The position numbers and the translations under genes were made by a program. The notes under the pieces were generated by a model. It was not told the DNA's origin, did not search any database, and worked only from the letters and a program-made list of their open reading frames with translations. Positions 1 through 15,049 of a DNA stretch of 64,000 nt are shown piece after piece. Source of the DNA: the human T2T-CHM13v2.0 reference genome, Homo sapiens; the NCBI RefSeq assembly GCF_009914755.1, contig NC_060947.1; one strand, given 5' to 3'. The number at the start of each line of letters is the position of its first letter. Position 1 is the stretch's first letter.

Positions 1-58
1 ACATGAGTGACTCAATTTTGATTCCTACTCTTTTCACATAGGAAAGAGTATTATATGT

Positions 59-2362
59 TGATATGGTTTGAATCTGTGTCCCCACCCAAATTGCATGTGA
101 ATTGTAATCCCCAATGGTGGAGGTGGGGCCTGGTGGAAGATGATTGGATTATAGGGGTAGATCTTTCATGAATGGTTTAGCACCATCCCTTTGGAGTTAT
201 TCTCATATCTTGTTGTCTAAAAGTGTGTGGCACCTCCTTCCTCTCCTCTTCCTCCTTATCTGGACATGTAATGTATGCCTTCTTCCCCTTTACATTCTGC
301 CACATTGTAATTTTCCAGAGGCTTCCCTAAGCAGATGCCAGCATCATGCTTCCTGTACAGCCTGCAAAAGCATGAGCCAATTAAACCTCTTATCTTTGTA
401 AATTACCTACTCTCAGGTATTTGCTTATAGCAATGCAAGAACAAACTAATATGGAAAATTGGTAATGAGGAGTGAGGCATTCCTATAAAGATTCCTGAAA
501 ATGTGAAACCATGTTGGAACTGGATAATGGATAGACATTGGAAGAATGTGGAGGTCTCAGAAGAAGCCAGGAAGATGAAGAAAAGTTTATGACTTCCTAG
601 AGACTAATTGAATTGTTGTGACCAAAATGCTCATAGTAATATTGAAAGTGAAGGCCAGGCTCAGGAGGTCTCAGATGGAGATGAGAAACTTATTTAGAAC
701 TGGAAAAAAGGTCACTTTTGTTATGCATTAGCACAGAGCTCTGTTGAATTGTGCCCATGCCCTTGGGATCTGTGACATTTTGAAATTTAGAGGGATGATT
801 TAGGTTATAGGGCAGAAAAAAAGTTTCTAAGCAGCAAGGAATTCAAGATGTGGCCTGGCTTCTTCTAGAAGCATATGGTCATATTTGTGAAAAAAAAAAA
901 AAAAAACAAAAAACACATGATGTAAAACTGAAACTTCTATTGAAAAGGGAAGCAGATTGTAAAAGTTTGGAAAATTTGCAGCCTGGTCAGGCAGTAGAAA
1001 AGAAAAACCAATTTACAGGGGAAGAATTTAAGAAGGATGCAGAACTTTGCATAAGAGGAGCCAAGTAATGATAGCCAAGACAATGAGAAAAAGGCCTTGA
1101 AGGCATTTTAGAGACTTTTGAGACAGCCCCTTCCATCACAGGCCCAGAGGCTTAAGAGGGAAGAATAATTTCCTGGGCCAGGGCCAAGGCCTCACTGCCC
1201 TGCACAACCTTGGGGCAATGATTTTTGTGTCCCAATGTCTCCACCTCCAGCAGTGGCTAAAAGGGCTCCCGGTACAACCCAGGTTGTGGCTTCAGAGTGT
1301 GTAAACCATAAGCTTTGGCAGATTCCACATGGTGTTAAGCCTGCAGGTGCACGGAGTGTGAGAATTGAAGCTTAGGAGCCTCTGCCTAGATTTCAAAGGA
1401 TGTATGGAAAAGCCTGAATGTCCAGGCAGAAGCCTGCTGTAGGGTGGAGCCTGCACAGAGAACCTCTACTAGGGCAGTATGGAAAAGAAATGTGGGGTTG
1501 GAGACCCCACACAGAGTCCACAATGGCACACTGCCTAGAGGAGCTGTGAGAAGAGGGCTACTATTCTCCAGACCCCAGAATGGTAGATCCACTGGGAGAT
1601 TGCACCCTGCACCTGAAAACACTGCAGGAACTCAATGCCAGCCCTTGATAGCAGCCATGGGGACTGAACCCTGCAGAGCCACAGGGGTGGAGGCCTGGTA
1701 GCCAAACCCACCATTGCAGTAGTGAGACATGGTGTTAAAGGAGATTGAAATGAGAATGTTTACCAAATGCTTGTTTTTTATTTTACTGGTTCATAGGTAG
1801 AAGAAACTTGCCTTGATTCAGTTGTGAATTTGGACCTTGGACTTTTGACTTAATATAGGACAGAATTAAAACTTTGGGGGAACTGTTGGGAATGCAAGAT
1901 TGTATTTCGAAATATGAGAAGGATATGAGATTTGGGAAAGGCCAGGGGAAGAATCATATGGTTTGGATCTGTGTCCCCACTATAATCTCATGTTGAATTA
2001 TAATCCCCAGTGTTGGAGTTGGGCCTGATGGGATGTTATTGAATCATGGGGTTGGATCCTTCATGAATTGTTTAGCAACACCCCTTTGGTCCTGTTTTCA
2101 TAATAGAGTTCTCATATCTGATTGTTTAAAAGTGTGTAGCACCTTTCCCTTATCCTCGTCTCCTGCTCCAGCCATGTCTGTCATGCCTGCTTCCTGTTCA
2201 CCTTCTGCCATGATTGTAAGTTTCCTGAGATCTTTCTGAACAGATGACAGCATCATCCTTCCTGCACAGCCTGTGGAATCATCAGCCAATTAAACCTTTT
2301 TTCTTTATAAATTACACAGTTTCAGGTATTTCTTTATAGTAGTGCAAGAAAGGACTAATAAA
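59..2362 (+). mobile_element. Full-length MST (MSTA/MSTB) ERVL-MaLR element: 5' LTR ~59-452, internal ~453-1953, 3' LTR ~1954-2362
   Basis: Two homologous LTRs start t(g/c)atatggtttg(a/g)atctgtgtcccc and end ...actaata. A MaLR internal region lies between them, with a purine tract gggaaaggccaggggaagaa before the 3' LTR. Flanks are tatgt/tgtgt (5-bp TSD, 1 mismatch). Confidence 0.93.
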
Positions 2363-2689
2363 TGTGTCCTGAGAAAAAAAAATGTGATTACCTGTAAAAA
2401 AAATCAAGTATTATCAATACTTTTAAAGCATGAACAAGTATAAAGTTTCTGGTTGTAATGGAATTATAGTTAGAATCATAGTATTCTAGAAATTGAAGAA
2501 ATTATAGTAGCCACCTGGTATAAAATCTATTGTTTGACCGGTGAGGAAAACTCAGATTAGTAAGAATAAAACCATTGACCTTAAACTGCTTTACGCCCTC
2601 AAAACTGCAACAATTGTGTCCATTTTTGTGTTTGTCCAAACTGTGGGTTGTCTTTCAGTATCATTTTTCCCTTCCTTCATAATAAGATA

Positions 2690-3108
2690 ATTTTTACCTA
2701 GACATATGGCTGCCCAGAATGACGACTACTTTTCCTAGCATCCCTTGGAGGTTCTCTGGTTCAAGTGAATGAATTCTGGTCAGTGGACATAAAAAAAGGT
2801 GTTGTGTGGTTCCTTATGTAAAATTCCCTTATCCTTTGCCCCTTACTTTTCATTATTTTCATCTTGATGGCTGGAACATTCATACAATGGCCAGAGGTGG
2901 AGTAGCCCGCCTGGGAAACCTTGGGAATGGAGGCCCTGCCTGGACAAGTAAGACTGTTGAATGATTTCCAGTTTTATGGAGGATGGTCCTGGACCTCAAA
3001 CTCCTGAAGTTTTAATAAGAGAAGATAAAAAAGAAAGCCTTCTATCTTATTGAAGCAATAAATATTTTTCACTTTTCTATCACTCTTAGTCAAACCTGAT
3101 TCTAACTC
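2690..3108 (+). mobile_element. Ancient MLT1-type (MLT1J/K-like) LTR fragment
   Basis: Degenerate MLT1 motifs and a typical 3' end cttctatcttattgaagca...aaacctgattctaact. Confidence 0.55.
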
Positions 3109-3124
3109 CTTTTCTGCTGTGACA

Positions 3125-3625
3125 TTGGAGCATGGCACAGTGGCTGACATATAGGAGGTGTTCAATAGATGTTTATAGCAGTCTTGGAGGCGTCTGTTAC
3201 AGCTGCTGTACTTTCCTCCATATCTAAGCCAGCACTAGGTCCTGCTAGCTTAACATCATGACAGCGCCCAAATTTGTGCACTTGTCTCCATCTTACCCCA
3301 CCTATATGAGCTGAAGCTCTCACTTTGTCTTGCCTATAGTTTTCTCAAGCCTTCTGAATGGGCTTGTCCACACTGAATCTTTTTCTTTGAAAACTTGGAT
3401 TGTTTATTTTGGGAGAAAGACCCAAATTCTTGATGTATGCCGTATCTCTCTGGCCTCATTTCATGCAATTTTCAACTCTGCTATCTGAACTGCCCATTCC
3501 CATCAGACCTCTATTGAATTGATTTCTAGGACTCCTTTAGACTTCCCCTCAGCACTTTCTCAGGAAAGACTTTCTGGACTGCAGAAAATCTCCCATGATG
3601 CTCTTACGGCACTACATACCTTTCT
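3125..3625. mobile_element. L2 (LINE2) fragments
   Basis: L2 3' terminus-like catggcacagtggctgacatataggaggtgttcaatagatgttt plus downstream L2-like motifs. Confidence 0.5.
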
Positions 3626-4405
3626 CTCCTGTTGACGTCTATATTTTTAGAAAACTTCTAACTCAGATGTCATTGTTCTAAAATTTTCCATGATACAATT
3701 GTGGACATAAGGTTTATGACTAGTTCAATCTTATTAGATAGAGTGCTACAAAGCTTCCTTCTTGTGAAGTGTCTCATTAGGTACTAGATTCTGGACTCTG
3801 TGGTCTCTATACTTGGCCATAGAGGTAGTAAGAGTCTGTTACACTACTGATTTCTGATTTTTGTAAAATGATTTACCTTTGATTAATGTAGAATAATTTC
3901 ACAGATAATTTGATCTTTAGTGTTTAGAAAGCCACCACTACTTTCAGTTTACTATAATGTGTTGATTAAAGGGGCTGATGTATCAATGGAGAGAATATAA
4001 TCTGCTCTCCTTTTTCAAAAGAACTTGTTTTGCTTTGCTTTAAACACAGATGTGCAAAAACTGTTCCTAATTTAGGCAAAACTTAACCCCAAATGTTGAT
4101 GACTTAGGTCTTCTATTGAAGGATAACAGTAATAAAACTAATAATAGTTTTAGAGACAATTTATGAGGCTTTCATGAGCAGATTATTCCCTTCATTCAAT
4201 GTCCTAGGTTTTATCAAGTTATAATATATATACCATACGTTTCACTCACATAAATTTTATATTTCTAAGGTTTTTATTATATTCTCATATATGTTCAAAC
4301 ACAATTTTATAATAATTTTATTGCATTAAAAACAGACACTATACCCTTTAGCTATTACCTATATAGCTGCTCATTCTGTAACCAGCCCTAAAGAACCACA
4401 TTTAA

Positions 4406-4530
4406 TATCAAAATATTCCATATGCCCTATGAACTCCACAAATATATACATATACTATACTGTATCAAAATATCACATATACCCCATAAATATATACACA
4501 TACTATATATCCACAAAAAATAAAATTTAG
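4406..4530 (+). mobile_element. L1MA-type 3' terminal fragment, tandemly duplicated
   Basis: tatcaaaatat..cat at..ccc...aaatatataca.atactata occurs twice, followed by an A-rich tail. Confidence 0.6.
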
Positions 4531-4651
4531 AATTACATGTTTTAAAAATAAATAGTGAATGTGAAAAATGGAAGTTGTGTCACATGTGTACTATCATAAC
4601 AATGGTGATGTACTCTAATAATAGCAGACATCAGACTATGCACAGGAAAAT

Positions 4652-4682
<31 letters not shown>

Positions 4683-4684
4683 CA
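4652..4684. repeat. (CA)n microsatellite
   Basis: Direct reading. Confidence 0.95.
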
Positions 4685-4734
4685 TAATCTCACAGATGAT
4701 GAAGGTAGTTGTTCATTATGAAATAATAATAATC

Positions 4735-5257
4735 ATTTACGTTTACAAATTGATACATAACGTTTTACATATTTAGGGGGTATAAGCATTAGTTACATGA
4801 ATATGATCAAGTCAGCGTGGATATCGATCACCTTCGATATGTATCATTTCATGTGTTAGAAATATCTCAAGTTGTCTCTTCTAGCTGCTTTAAAACATAC
4901 AATACATTTTTGCTTATTATAGTCACCCTACTCTTCTATTGAACATTATAACTTATTCTTTCTATCTAACTGTATGTTTGTACCCATTACCAACCTCTCT
5001 TCATTTATTCCTCCCACCCTCTGCCCAGCCTCTGGTATTTATCATTCTATTCTCAACCTCCATGAAATAAACATTTTCGGCTCCCACATGTGAGTAAAAA
5101 CATACAGTATCTGTCTCTCTGTGCCTGGTTTATTTCATTATACATAATGACCTCCAGTTCTGCCCATATTGCTGCAAGTCATATAATTTCATTTTCTAAT
5201 GGCTGATTACTATTCCTTTGTGTATATATGCATTTTCTTTATGTCTTCATTCATTGA
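4735..5257 (-). mobile_element. L1MA-type 3' end, 5'-truncated
   Basis: Antisense L1MA 3'UTR motifs (tagtcaccctact, gtacccattaccaacc, gctcccacatgtgag, ataatgacctccagttc). Confidence 0.85.
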
Positions 5258-6262
5258 ACCACCATTTAATTTTAAACATCAAATAATGTAGTCTAAAAAT
5301 TTACAAATCAAAGCTTAACAGGAATTTAATAAAAAAACTTAAAATATTCAACCTATAAAATCTTTCATAATGGTAAGTAAACAAATTAAGGACTGAGTTA
5401 ATAAACACACTATATATTAAAACTTGGAGAAAGTTAACTAATACATGTTAGAAAATTTAAAAATAAACTAATTCCACATAGTATTATTTTTTAAAAAAGA
5501 ATATAAAATTAAGATAAAATAAAATGATATGGAGAATATTTAAGATATAGAATATGGAATAAGTAAACAGAATGAAAATAGGTGAGTTATGTTGCCTCCT
5601 GCTCCATGAGGACCTAGAGGTCAAGGCCTGATGGCTGTCTCATTGAATATTGAAAACTACTATGAGTTTCACTTCACACTTTCTAAGGTGTGGAACAAAA
5701 ATTTTAGAAATATTTCAAACTAGGGAATGAAAGGCTTCAGTTTCTCTTGAACAAGTATGGTCATCTTCATTGAATCACCTTAAAGCCATATATCCTACCA
5801 ATATATCATAAGACCAACAAAAAGATTATATAAAACCACACATAATCCACAATCTTAGGACCACTGGAAAACAGAGAATACTAATATTTCAAATTACATT
5901 TATAGAGAAACATCAAATTCTGAGAGAGTTTCTGCTGTGACTACAAGACTGTAGGTGTATATAGAAGGAGTAAGAATGCTTGAAACAGTCTATGAAAAGA
6001 GGTGAGAGAATTCAAAGAATTAATGAAGCACAGACAAAATTATCCTAAGAAGGAGAACAGAAAATGCTAAGAGCCAAATTACTAAACACAAGTTTGGCAC
6101 CAAATATATGAAAGGGACTTGAAAGTATAATAAATGACACTGAAAGTGGTAGTATTAGACAAACTTTGTTCTAGGAGAGAAAATAGAGAATGCGTTTGTG
6201 CCCTTGAGAAAGATGACAGTAAAAAGAAAAGAAAGAAAAGAGCAAGAGAGAAAGAAAAGAGC

Positions 6263-6513
6263 ATGAGATCTAGTGGTTTAAGTGTGTAGCACCTCCCCCC
6301 TCACTCTCTCTTGCTCCTGCTCCTGTCACATGAGATGTCTCACTCCCGCTTTGTCTTCCATCCTGAATGGCAGCTTCCTGAGGCCTCCCCAGAAGCAGAA
6401 TCCACTATGCTTCCTGCACAGCCTGCAGAACTGTGAACCAATTACACGTCTTTTCTTTATAAATCACCTGGTCTCAAGTATTTCTTTATAGCAGTGTGAA
6501 AACAGACTAATAA
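6263..6513 (+). mobile_element. MST (MSTB-like) LTR, 3' half
   Basis: agtgtgtagcacctcc...cagcctgcagaactgtgaaccaatta...ttctttatagcagtgtgaaaacagactaata, homologous to the LTRs at 59 and 1954. Confidence 0.88.
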
Positions 6514-7323
6514 AATGATGGAAACAATGGAAAAGAAAAATCTAACTTTTCCAACTGCTGTGGCAGGGAAGGGAAGAATAAAGCCAAGATTCTTTTAATC
6601 ATTTTATTAATACTATACTGTATCTTTAGTTACTTACATGGATTAAGAATGCTGGCCTATATTTCATAAAACATCTATGGTATTCATCAATTCATCATAT
6701 AGGTACTTAGATTGTCATTTCAGCGTGATAAGATAATCTTATTTCAATTCTTCTAGGATTGAGCATAGTGAATTTTACTGAGAAATATAACACATTGAGA
6801 ATGGTTAATTCTGTAGCTGAGTATTTTAAAGTCTAAAAGGTTTTGAATTTCAGTTAATGTAGCACAAAAGCTAGTTAGACTGTTAAGTGATTTCCTATAC
6901 AAAATAAGCTATTCTGCCAGTTTTTGTAACAATACCATATGAAAAAAATGTTAAAGCACCTTTCAAAACACACGTGATCGGCTGATTAACAGAACATAGG
7001 TGCTGAAAGTAAGCTGCATTGTGAAACAGTCATTTCAAAGTGATTTTCTCCAAGAACTGTCATCGGGAAGAAAAAAAAGTTATAGCTACGTAAGCCAGAA
7101 ATTATGCAATAAAACTTTAATTAGATATAATTATCTGATGATTTTTTTTCAGGTATGAATATTTCAGTCACTAGTCTTACTGCTAAAGATAAGGCATTGA
7201 ATGCATATTATATGCAGAAAAATTAGCCACAATTTATTTCAAACTACATGTATTAGAAACGGTACATCACAAATCAATGCAAATAAGAATATTGAACAAC
7301 TATTGTCTTTTAAAATTCATCTT

Positions 7324-7662
<339 letters not shown>

Positions 7663-7974
7663 CTATATAGTACAAACAAGGATTTGTTATAATTGATAAA
7701 GATTTTCAAATATTCTCTAGCTCTGAAGTATATCATGGTCCTATCAAGCATAGAGATAATATTGCAGAGATAATAATAAGATGGCCACATTTATTTGTTC
7801 TTATTTTAATAACAAGCCTATATTAAAATATATGTATAATTAATTAAAATCCCTGAGAAATAGTATGTTCTGGTTATTATGGTGTTGTGGTTATTCATAG
7901 CAAGCTTTAGTACTCATAAATAAAACCTTTGAACTACGTAACATTAATCTCATATAAGATTTTTTTCATACTTT

Positions 7975-8300
7975 ATCACAAACTGAGATCTCTGGGAGGC
8001 AGAATTTCGCATGTGGCATGTTTATTAGTTAGTGCTCTTATAATCAATTCCTGTAGAAAGGAGAGGGAGAAAGGACTATTGGACAGAGGGAGAAACTAAG
8101 CTGTGATACAAGCCCAAGTAAGGTTTTAGCAGACTGCTGTTGGAACTCTAAAGCTGGGATATCCCTTCAGCATTATCTCAAATAGAGTCGGGTGTTGGGG
8201 CTGAGCCTTTACACCTTCACATTGATGAATAATTTCATGTGGGCTGCCACAAGTAAGGGAACATTGGGTGAGGCAGTTTCCTTCAGCTGAGGCAGCTGAA
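7975..8300 (-). mobile_element. Old ERVL LTR (LTR16/LTR33-like)
   Basis: Motifs ggacagagggagaaactaagctgtgat, agctgggatatcccttcag and gggtgaggcagtttccttcagctgaggca. Confidence 0.6.
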
Positions 8301-9305
8301 GGTCAATACCAGAAAAAGTAAGTTCATGATTGCTAAAGATGAATCTGGGTAAATCATGACAGTTCTTTCATGGAATAAGAAAAAGTGGTCACTGTACCAA
8401 TGGATTAAAGACAAAATTTTTATATTTTTCTTAACAGATTCAGAGAGCTATACATGGAAAATTTCATCTACCAATATCCATTCATCTCCTGTTTTCTTCC
8501 TATGTATGTGTCATTTATTTATATTATATACTTTCAGGAAGAAAGTAATGACTCTGCTCTGAGCTAGGTAATCAGTAAAAATGATATGATGGCGAGGCAT
8601 TACTTATATGATAAAATTATAATTCAGGTATTATCACATATTTCTACTTAGTTTTCTCTTTTCTGTGTAGGGTATTGACACAATATATTGCATGTGCTTT
8701 TAATGCTATTTGTTGTATACATGTAAATATTTACTTTTCTAACTAATTCTACAAGATAAATAATAATCTTCCTAAACATAAGGAAAACACACATACTTAA
8801 CATTTGAAAGTTTTTACTCTTGATACACTGTTTTTATTTTCACTGCTTCCCTTTTCTAGAAAATGCAATTTTTCAGCTTTTCACGAGAAGACTAAACAAA
8901 GAGGACTGCATAGCACTATCAGTAGACAATATAGTAATATTTGAAATCTAGATTTATAAAATTAATTTTGTTTCCATGTATAAACCAGTGACAAGGCAAG
9001 AGAATATTGTAGCTGATGTGTGTATCCTGCTGTGCTGAGATTGGTTGTCACTGCAGAACGAAGCTCAGTGGAATAAGTTAGTGTGGAATAAAAACCTTGG
9101 AAACGCTTTTGCAACATATGTTGTATGGGATACCCACATCAGTGAAGTAGTCCAAATTAAATTAAGCACATGCTTTCAGATCTTTCTATTTTGTAATTTT
9201 GGAAAAGTGATATTATATGTTTTATTTTGTTTTCTTATGTTTCTTTCTTATTTTGCATGCTGCTCTCTTCTTTAATTTTTACTTGAATTGCGGGGTGAAG
9301 GATAA

Positions 9306-9641
<336 letters not shown>

Positions 9642-9970
9642 GACACTTACTAGCTTTTATCTGACGAGTTTCAAAATACCGTATCATGTTAACTTCCTTC
9701 CCAATTTCAGAGAGGATTTCTATTACCATCTTGTGTTAAATAGTTTCCAATCTCACTTCCCCAAAACTTCCAGTTCCCCATTATTTTCTATTTTTAAACT
9801 GGCTTTTATTTTCTTCATGGATAAACTAACAGTGTATGGTTTCGTTATTTTCTCTCTTTTTTTGCTTGTGTCTATGACTTCCAGAAGAATTGAAAACTTA
9901 AAAAGAAGGACTTTGTTCTTTGTTTCTTAAGTTTATGGCCACTTCTCTAGCCTGGAGCACAGGAGGCAAT

Positions 9971-10039
<69 letters not shown>

Positions 10040-10062
10040 TAGATAGATGCTAAATAGATAGA
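9971..10062. repeat. Compound (GATA)n/(GA)n microsatellite
   Basis: Direct reading. Confidence 0.95.
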
Positions 10063-10261
10063 TGGGTAGGTAGCTAGACGTAGGTCAAAAATTAGATCAG
10101 TCTAGAAAAAAATTAAAGTTTATTGCCATACAAAACATATTGATCTCAGTCCAGGAAACTTTAAACCAAGTAGTAAGAAGCTTGTCTTACAGCAGTTACA
10201 GCACAATTTATATACCGTAAAGGAGGAACTATTTTCACCTTTATTGTGATTCACTGTTTTC

Positions 10262-11980
10262 TTTGATTTTTATTTTTTATTTTTCATAAGTTATTGGGGT
10301 ATAGGTGGTATTTGGTTGCATGAGTAAGTTCTTTAGTGGTGATTTCTGAGATTATGGCACACCCATCACCTGAGCAATATGCACTGCACCCTATTTGTTG
10401 TCTTTTCTCCCTCACCCCCTTACACTTTCCCCCAAGTCCCCAAAGTTCATTGTGTCATTCTTATGCCTTTGCACCCTCATAGCTTAGATCCCACATATCA
10501 GTGAGAACATGCAATGTTTTATTTTCCATTCCTGAGTTACTTCACTTAGAATAAGTCTCCCATCTTATCCAGGTCACTGCAAATACTGTTAATTCATTCC
10601 TTTTTAATGGCTGCCTAGTATTCCATTATATATATATACATATATATATATCACAGTTTGTTTATCCACTCGTTGATTGATGGGCATTTGGGTTGGTTCC
10701 AATATTTTGCAATTGTGAATTGTGCTGCTATAAACATGCACGTGCAAGTATCTTTTTTGAATAATGACTTCTTTTCCTCTGGGTAGATACCCAGTAGTGA
10801 GATTGCTGGATCAAATGGTAGTTATACTTTTAGGACTTTAAGAAATCTCCACACTGTGTTCCATAGTGGCTGTGCTAGTTTGCATTCCCGCCAGCAGTAT
10901 AGAAGTGTTTCCTGTTCACCATAGTCATGCCAATATCTACAGTTTTTTTTAAATTTTTTTTATTATGGCCATTCTTGTAGGAATAAGGTGGTATCATATT
11001 GTGCTTTTGATTTGCATTTCCGTGATAATTAGTGATGTTGAATATTTCTTCATATGTTTGTTGGCTCCTTGTATATCTTCTTTTGAGAAGTGTCTATTCA
11101 TCTATTTGGCCCACTTTTTGATGGGATTGTTTGTTTTTTTCTTACTGATTCGTTTGAGTTCATTTAGGTTCTGGATATTAGTCATTTGTCAGATGTATGG
11201 ATTGTGAATATTTTCTCTCACTCTGTGGGTTATCTGTCTACTCTGCTGACTGTTCCTTCTGCTGTGCAAAAGCTCTTTAGTTTAATTATGTCCCAGCTAT
11301 TTATTTTTGTTTTTATTGCATTTGCTTTTGGGTTCTTGTACATGAAATCCTTGTCTGAGGCAATGTCTAGAAGGGCTTTTCCAATGTTACCTTCTATAAT
11401 TTTCATAGTTTCAGGTCTTAGATTTAAGTCCTTAATCCATCTTAGTTGATTTTTGTATAAGGTGAGAGATGAGGATCCAGTTTCATTCTCCTACGTGTGG
11501 CTAGCCAATTATCCCAGCACCATTTGTTGAAATGGTTGTCTTTTCCCCACTTTACGTTTTTGTTTGTTTTGTCGAAGATCAGTTGGCTGTAAGCATTTGG
11601 GTTTATTTCTGGGTTCTCTATTCTATTCCCTTGGTCTATGTGTCTACTTTTATATCAGTACCACACTGTTTTGGTGACTATTGCCTTATAGTATAGTTTG
11701 AAATCAGGTACTGTGATGCCTCCAGATTTGTTGTTTTGCTTAGTCTTGCTTTGGCTATGTGGGCTCTTTTTTGGTTTCATATGAATTTTGAAATTGTGTT
11801 TTCTAATTCTATAAAGACTGGTAGTAATATTTCGGTGGGAATTGCATTGAATTTCTAGATTTCTTTTGGCAGTACGGCCATTTTCACAATATTGAGTCTA
11901 CCCATCCATGAGCATGGGATGTGTTTCCATTTGTCCATGTCGTCTATGATTTCTTTTAGCAGTGCTTTCTAGTTTTCACT
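10262..11980 (-). mobile_element. L1PB1/L1PA15-16-like element, 5'-truncated
   Basis: Antisense 3'UTR taagttctttagtggtgatttctgagat... followed by the degenerate ORF2 3' part. Confidence 0.92.
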
Positions 11981-12182
11981 GTGATACATTAAAAATGTTT
12001 TAGAGCTCACAGAGATATTTAAGCTGATTTGTCCATAGCTAATTGGTTTAATTTCACTAACAAATAAATAAAGCTTAACTTTTGTGTTTGTGATTAGAGA
12101 AAACATTTCCAAGAAATCAGAATGACTTCAGTTTTGCTTACATGGTGGTGGGTGTTTGGCCTTGGTATGTATTTCAACTATG

Positions 12183-12260
<78 letters not shown>

Positions 12261-12365
12261 ACACACCATATATATATAGTTAAACATATATATATGCCTA
12301 TATATATATTTAAAAATATATTTTTATTTTTATATATAAATATATATGTAACAATATATATATAA
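12183..12365. repeat. Compound (TG)/(TA)/(CA) microsatellite and TA-rich low complexity
   Basis: Direct reading. Confidence 0.95.
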
Positions 12366-12504
12366 TAAATAAATAGAACTTGAAGTTTAGGTCCACGTTT
12401 CCTAGGTACTCCCCTCCAGATTTTCAGATGTAAGAAATTATGACTTTATGTGGCTCTGTTGTGTTCTACTCACAGTCTCACTGTGTTGAATGCATTTTAG
12501 CTGT

Positions 12505-13004
12505 TGTGATGGTTAATATTAACTGTCAACTTGACTGGATTAAGGATTACCTACAGAACTGGTAAAGAATTAGCTCTGAGTGAGTCTGAGAGGGTTTTTC
12601 CAGAGAAGACTGTCCTGTGAGTCAGTGATTAAGTGGGGAAGACTCGCCCTCAATGTAGCAGTCATCATGCAATCAGCTGGGGAAACATATAGAACAAAAA
12701 GATAATTTCTTTTGTCTCCTAGAGCTGGAATATACTCTTTTTCATCTGTCCTTAGACATCAGAAGTTCAGGCTCTCCAGGTTTTTGAATTCCAGGAACTG
12801 CCCCAGTTCCACCCTCCTACCCTCAGTGTTCTTAGGCCTTTGGCTCCATAATGAGAGTTATACCATTGACTTCTTGGTTCCAAAAACTTTTGGTGTGGAC
12901 TGGGCCACATTACTGGAATCTCAGGTCTCCAGTTTGTAGGCTGCCTATCATAGGACTTATCAGCCTTCATAATCACATGAGACGATTCCCTTAATAAGTA
13001 CCTC

Positions 13005-13057
<53 letters not shown>

Positions 13058-13096
13058 ATCTATCTTCTATTAGTCCCTCTGGATAACTCTAATATA
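12505..13096 (+). mobile_element. MLT2 (ERVL) solo LTR (MLT2B/C/D-like)
   Basis: Starts tgtgatggttaatattaactgtcaacttgactggattaagg and ends ...ctctggataactctaatata; flanks gctgt/gctgc (TSD). Confidence 0.9.
13006..13065. repeat. (TATC)n tetranucleotide STR inside the MLT2 LTR
   Basis: About 12 perfect TATC units. Confidence 0.95.
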
Positions 13097-13164
13097 GCTG
13101 CTAACTCCCTGGATTCAGTGCCTGATAGTTAAATTTATATATTTATCTTACAGAACTTGTCTCT

Positions 13165-13370
13165 ATTTTTCATTTTTATTAGGAAAAGTTCAAACATAAA
13201 TACAAGTGAAGAACAGCCTAAAAGAATCCCCACGTGCATCATCCAGGAAAAATAATTACTTATTAATGACCAATCTTATTTCATATACACATCTATACAC
13301 TTCCACCCATACCTAATTTATTTTGAAATGAACATTAGAATATCTTCTAATATAATGCTTCACAATGTAG
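13165..13370 (-). mobile_element. Old L1ME-type 3' fragment
   Basis: ttattaggaaaagttcaaacata...aatccccacgtgc...ccaatcttatttcatatac...ttattttgaa. Confidence 0.55.
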
Positions 13371-14823
13371 TAGCATTCATAATTAAAGAAAAAACAAATT
13401 TTGAGAGTCAAGCATCCTAAATTTGTAAGGTACAAACAGCTCCTCCCTTGCTTCAATCTTTCCGTTATTAATGCTGTGAGGAATCCTGAGAAACATCATG
13501 TAGAAAAACATAATTCATCTTTATTATTTTATTTTTTAAATATTTTGTGTTTAATTTTTGTGGGTACATAGTAGGTGTATGTATTTATGCAATACATGAC
13601 ATATTTTTGTACAGGCATCCAATTTGTAATAATCACATCATGGAAAATTGGGCATCCATGCATTCAAATGTTCATTCTTTGTATCACAAACAACCCAATT
13701 CTACTATTTTAGTTACGTTAAAATGTACAATTATTATTGAATAAAGTTGTGGTATAAAACACTAGATATTATTCCTTATTTTTAATTGCTTTTTGCACAC
13801 ATTAACCTTCCCCACCTCTGCATCACCACCCCACTATACTTATTAGATTTTGGTAACCATTTTTCAACTCTCCATCTCCATGAGTTCAATTATTTTGATT
13901 TTTAGATTCCCAAAATAAGTGAGAACATGTGATGTTTGTCTTTCCGTACCTGCCTTATTTCACTTAACATAATGACTTCCAGTACTATCCATGCAGTTGC
14001 AAATGACAGGATCTTATTCTTTTTATGGCTGAATAGTACTCCATTGTGTATAATTACCACATTTTCTTTGTCCATCCATTGATGGACACTTAGGTAGCTT
14101 CCAAATCTTGAGTATTGTGAACAGTGCTGTAACAAGCATGGGAGTGCAGATATCTTTTCGGTATACTGATTTCCTTTCTTTGGGGAATATACACAGCAGT
14201 GAGATTGCTGAAACATATGGAATCTCCATTTTTAGTTTTTTGAGGAAACTTCAAACTGTTCTTCGTAGTTGTCATACTAACTTAAATTCTCATCAACAGA
14301 GTACAAGTGTTCCATTTTCTCCATATCCTCAGAAGTGCTTGTCATTGCCTGTCTTTTGGATAAAAGTCATTTGAACTGGGTGAGATAACACATTGTAGTT
14401 TTGATTTGCATTTATCTGATAATGATGTTGAGCACCTTTTTATACACTCAAGTGCCATTTGTATGTCTTCATTTGAGGAATGTCTATTAAGATCTTTTGC
14501 TCATTGCTAAATCAGATTATTACATTTTTTCCTACAAAATAGTTTGAGCTCCTATTATATTCAGGTTATTATTGCCTTGTCAGATGGGTAGTTTGCAAAT
14601 ATTTTCTCCCATTCTGTGAGTCGTTCCTTCACTTTTTTGATGGTACCCTTTGCTGGGCAGAAGCTTCTTAACTTGGTGTGATGCCATTTGTCCATTTTTG
14701 CTTTGGTTGCTTGTGCTTGTGGGGTATTACACAAGAAATCTTTGCCCAAACTAATGTCCTAGAGATTTTCCCCAATGTTGTCTTGCAGCAGTTTCACAGT
14801 TTGAGATTTTAGATTTAAGTCTT

Positions 14824-15007
14824 TGTATTAATCCATTCTCACACTGCTATAAACAACTACCAGAGACTGGGTAATTTATGAAGAAAAGAAGTTTAATTGA
14901 GTCAGAGTTCTGGAGGCTTAACAGGAAGCATGACTGGGAGGCCGCATGAAACTTACAATCATGATGAAAGGTGAAGGGGAAGCAAGCACATATTATAATG
15001 GCAGAGC

Positions 15008-15049
<42 letters not shown>

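Noticed and set aside
4393-5270. gaaccac(c)atttaat pair as a TSD around a composite insertion
   Set aside because: The match is imperfect and AT-rich, and the enclosed pieces do not form one coherent element.
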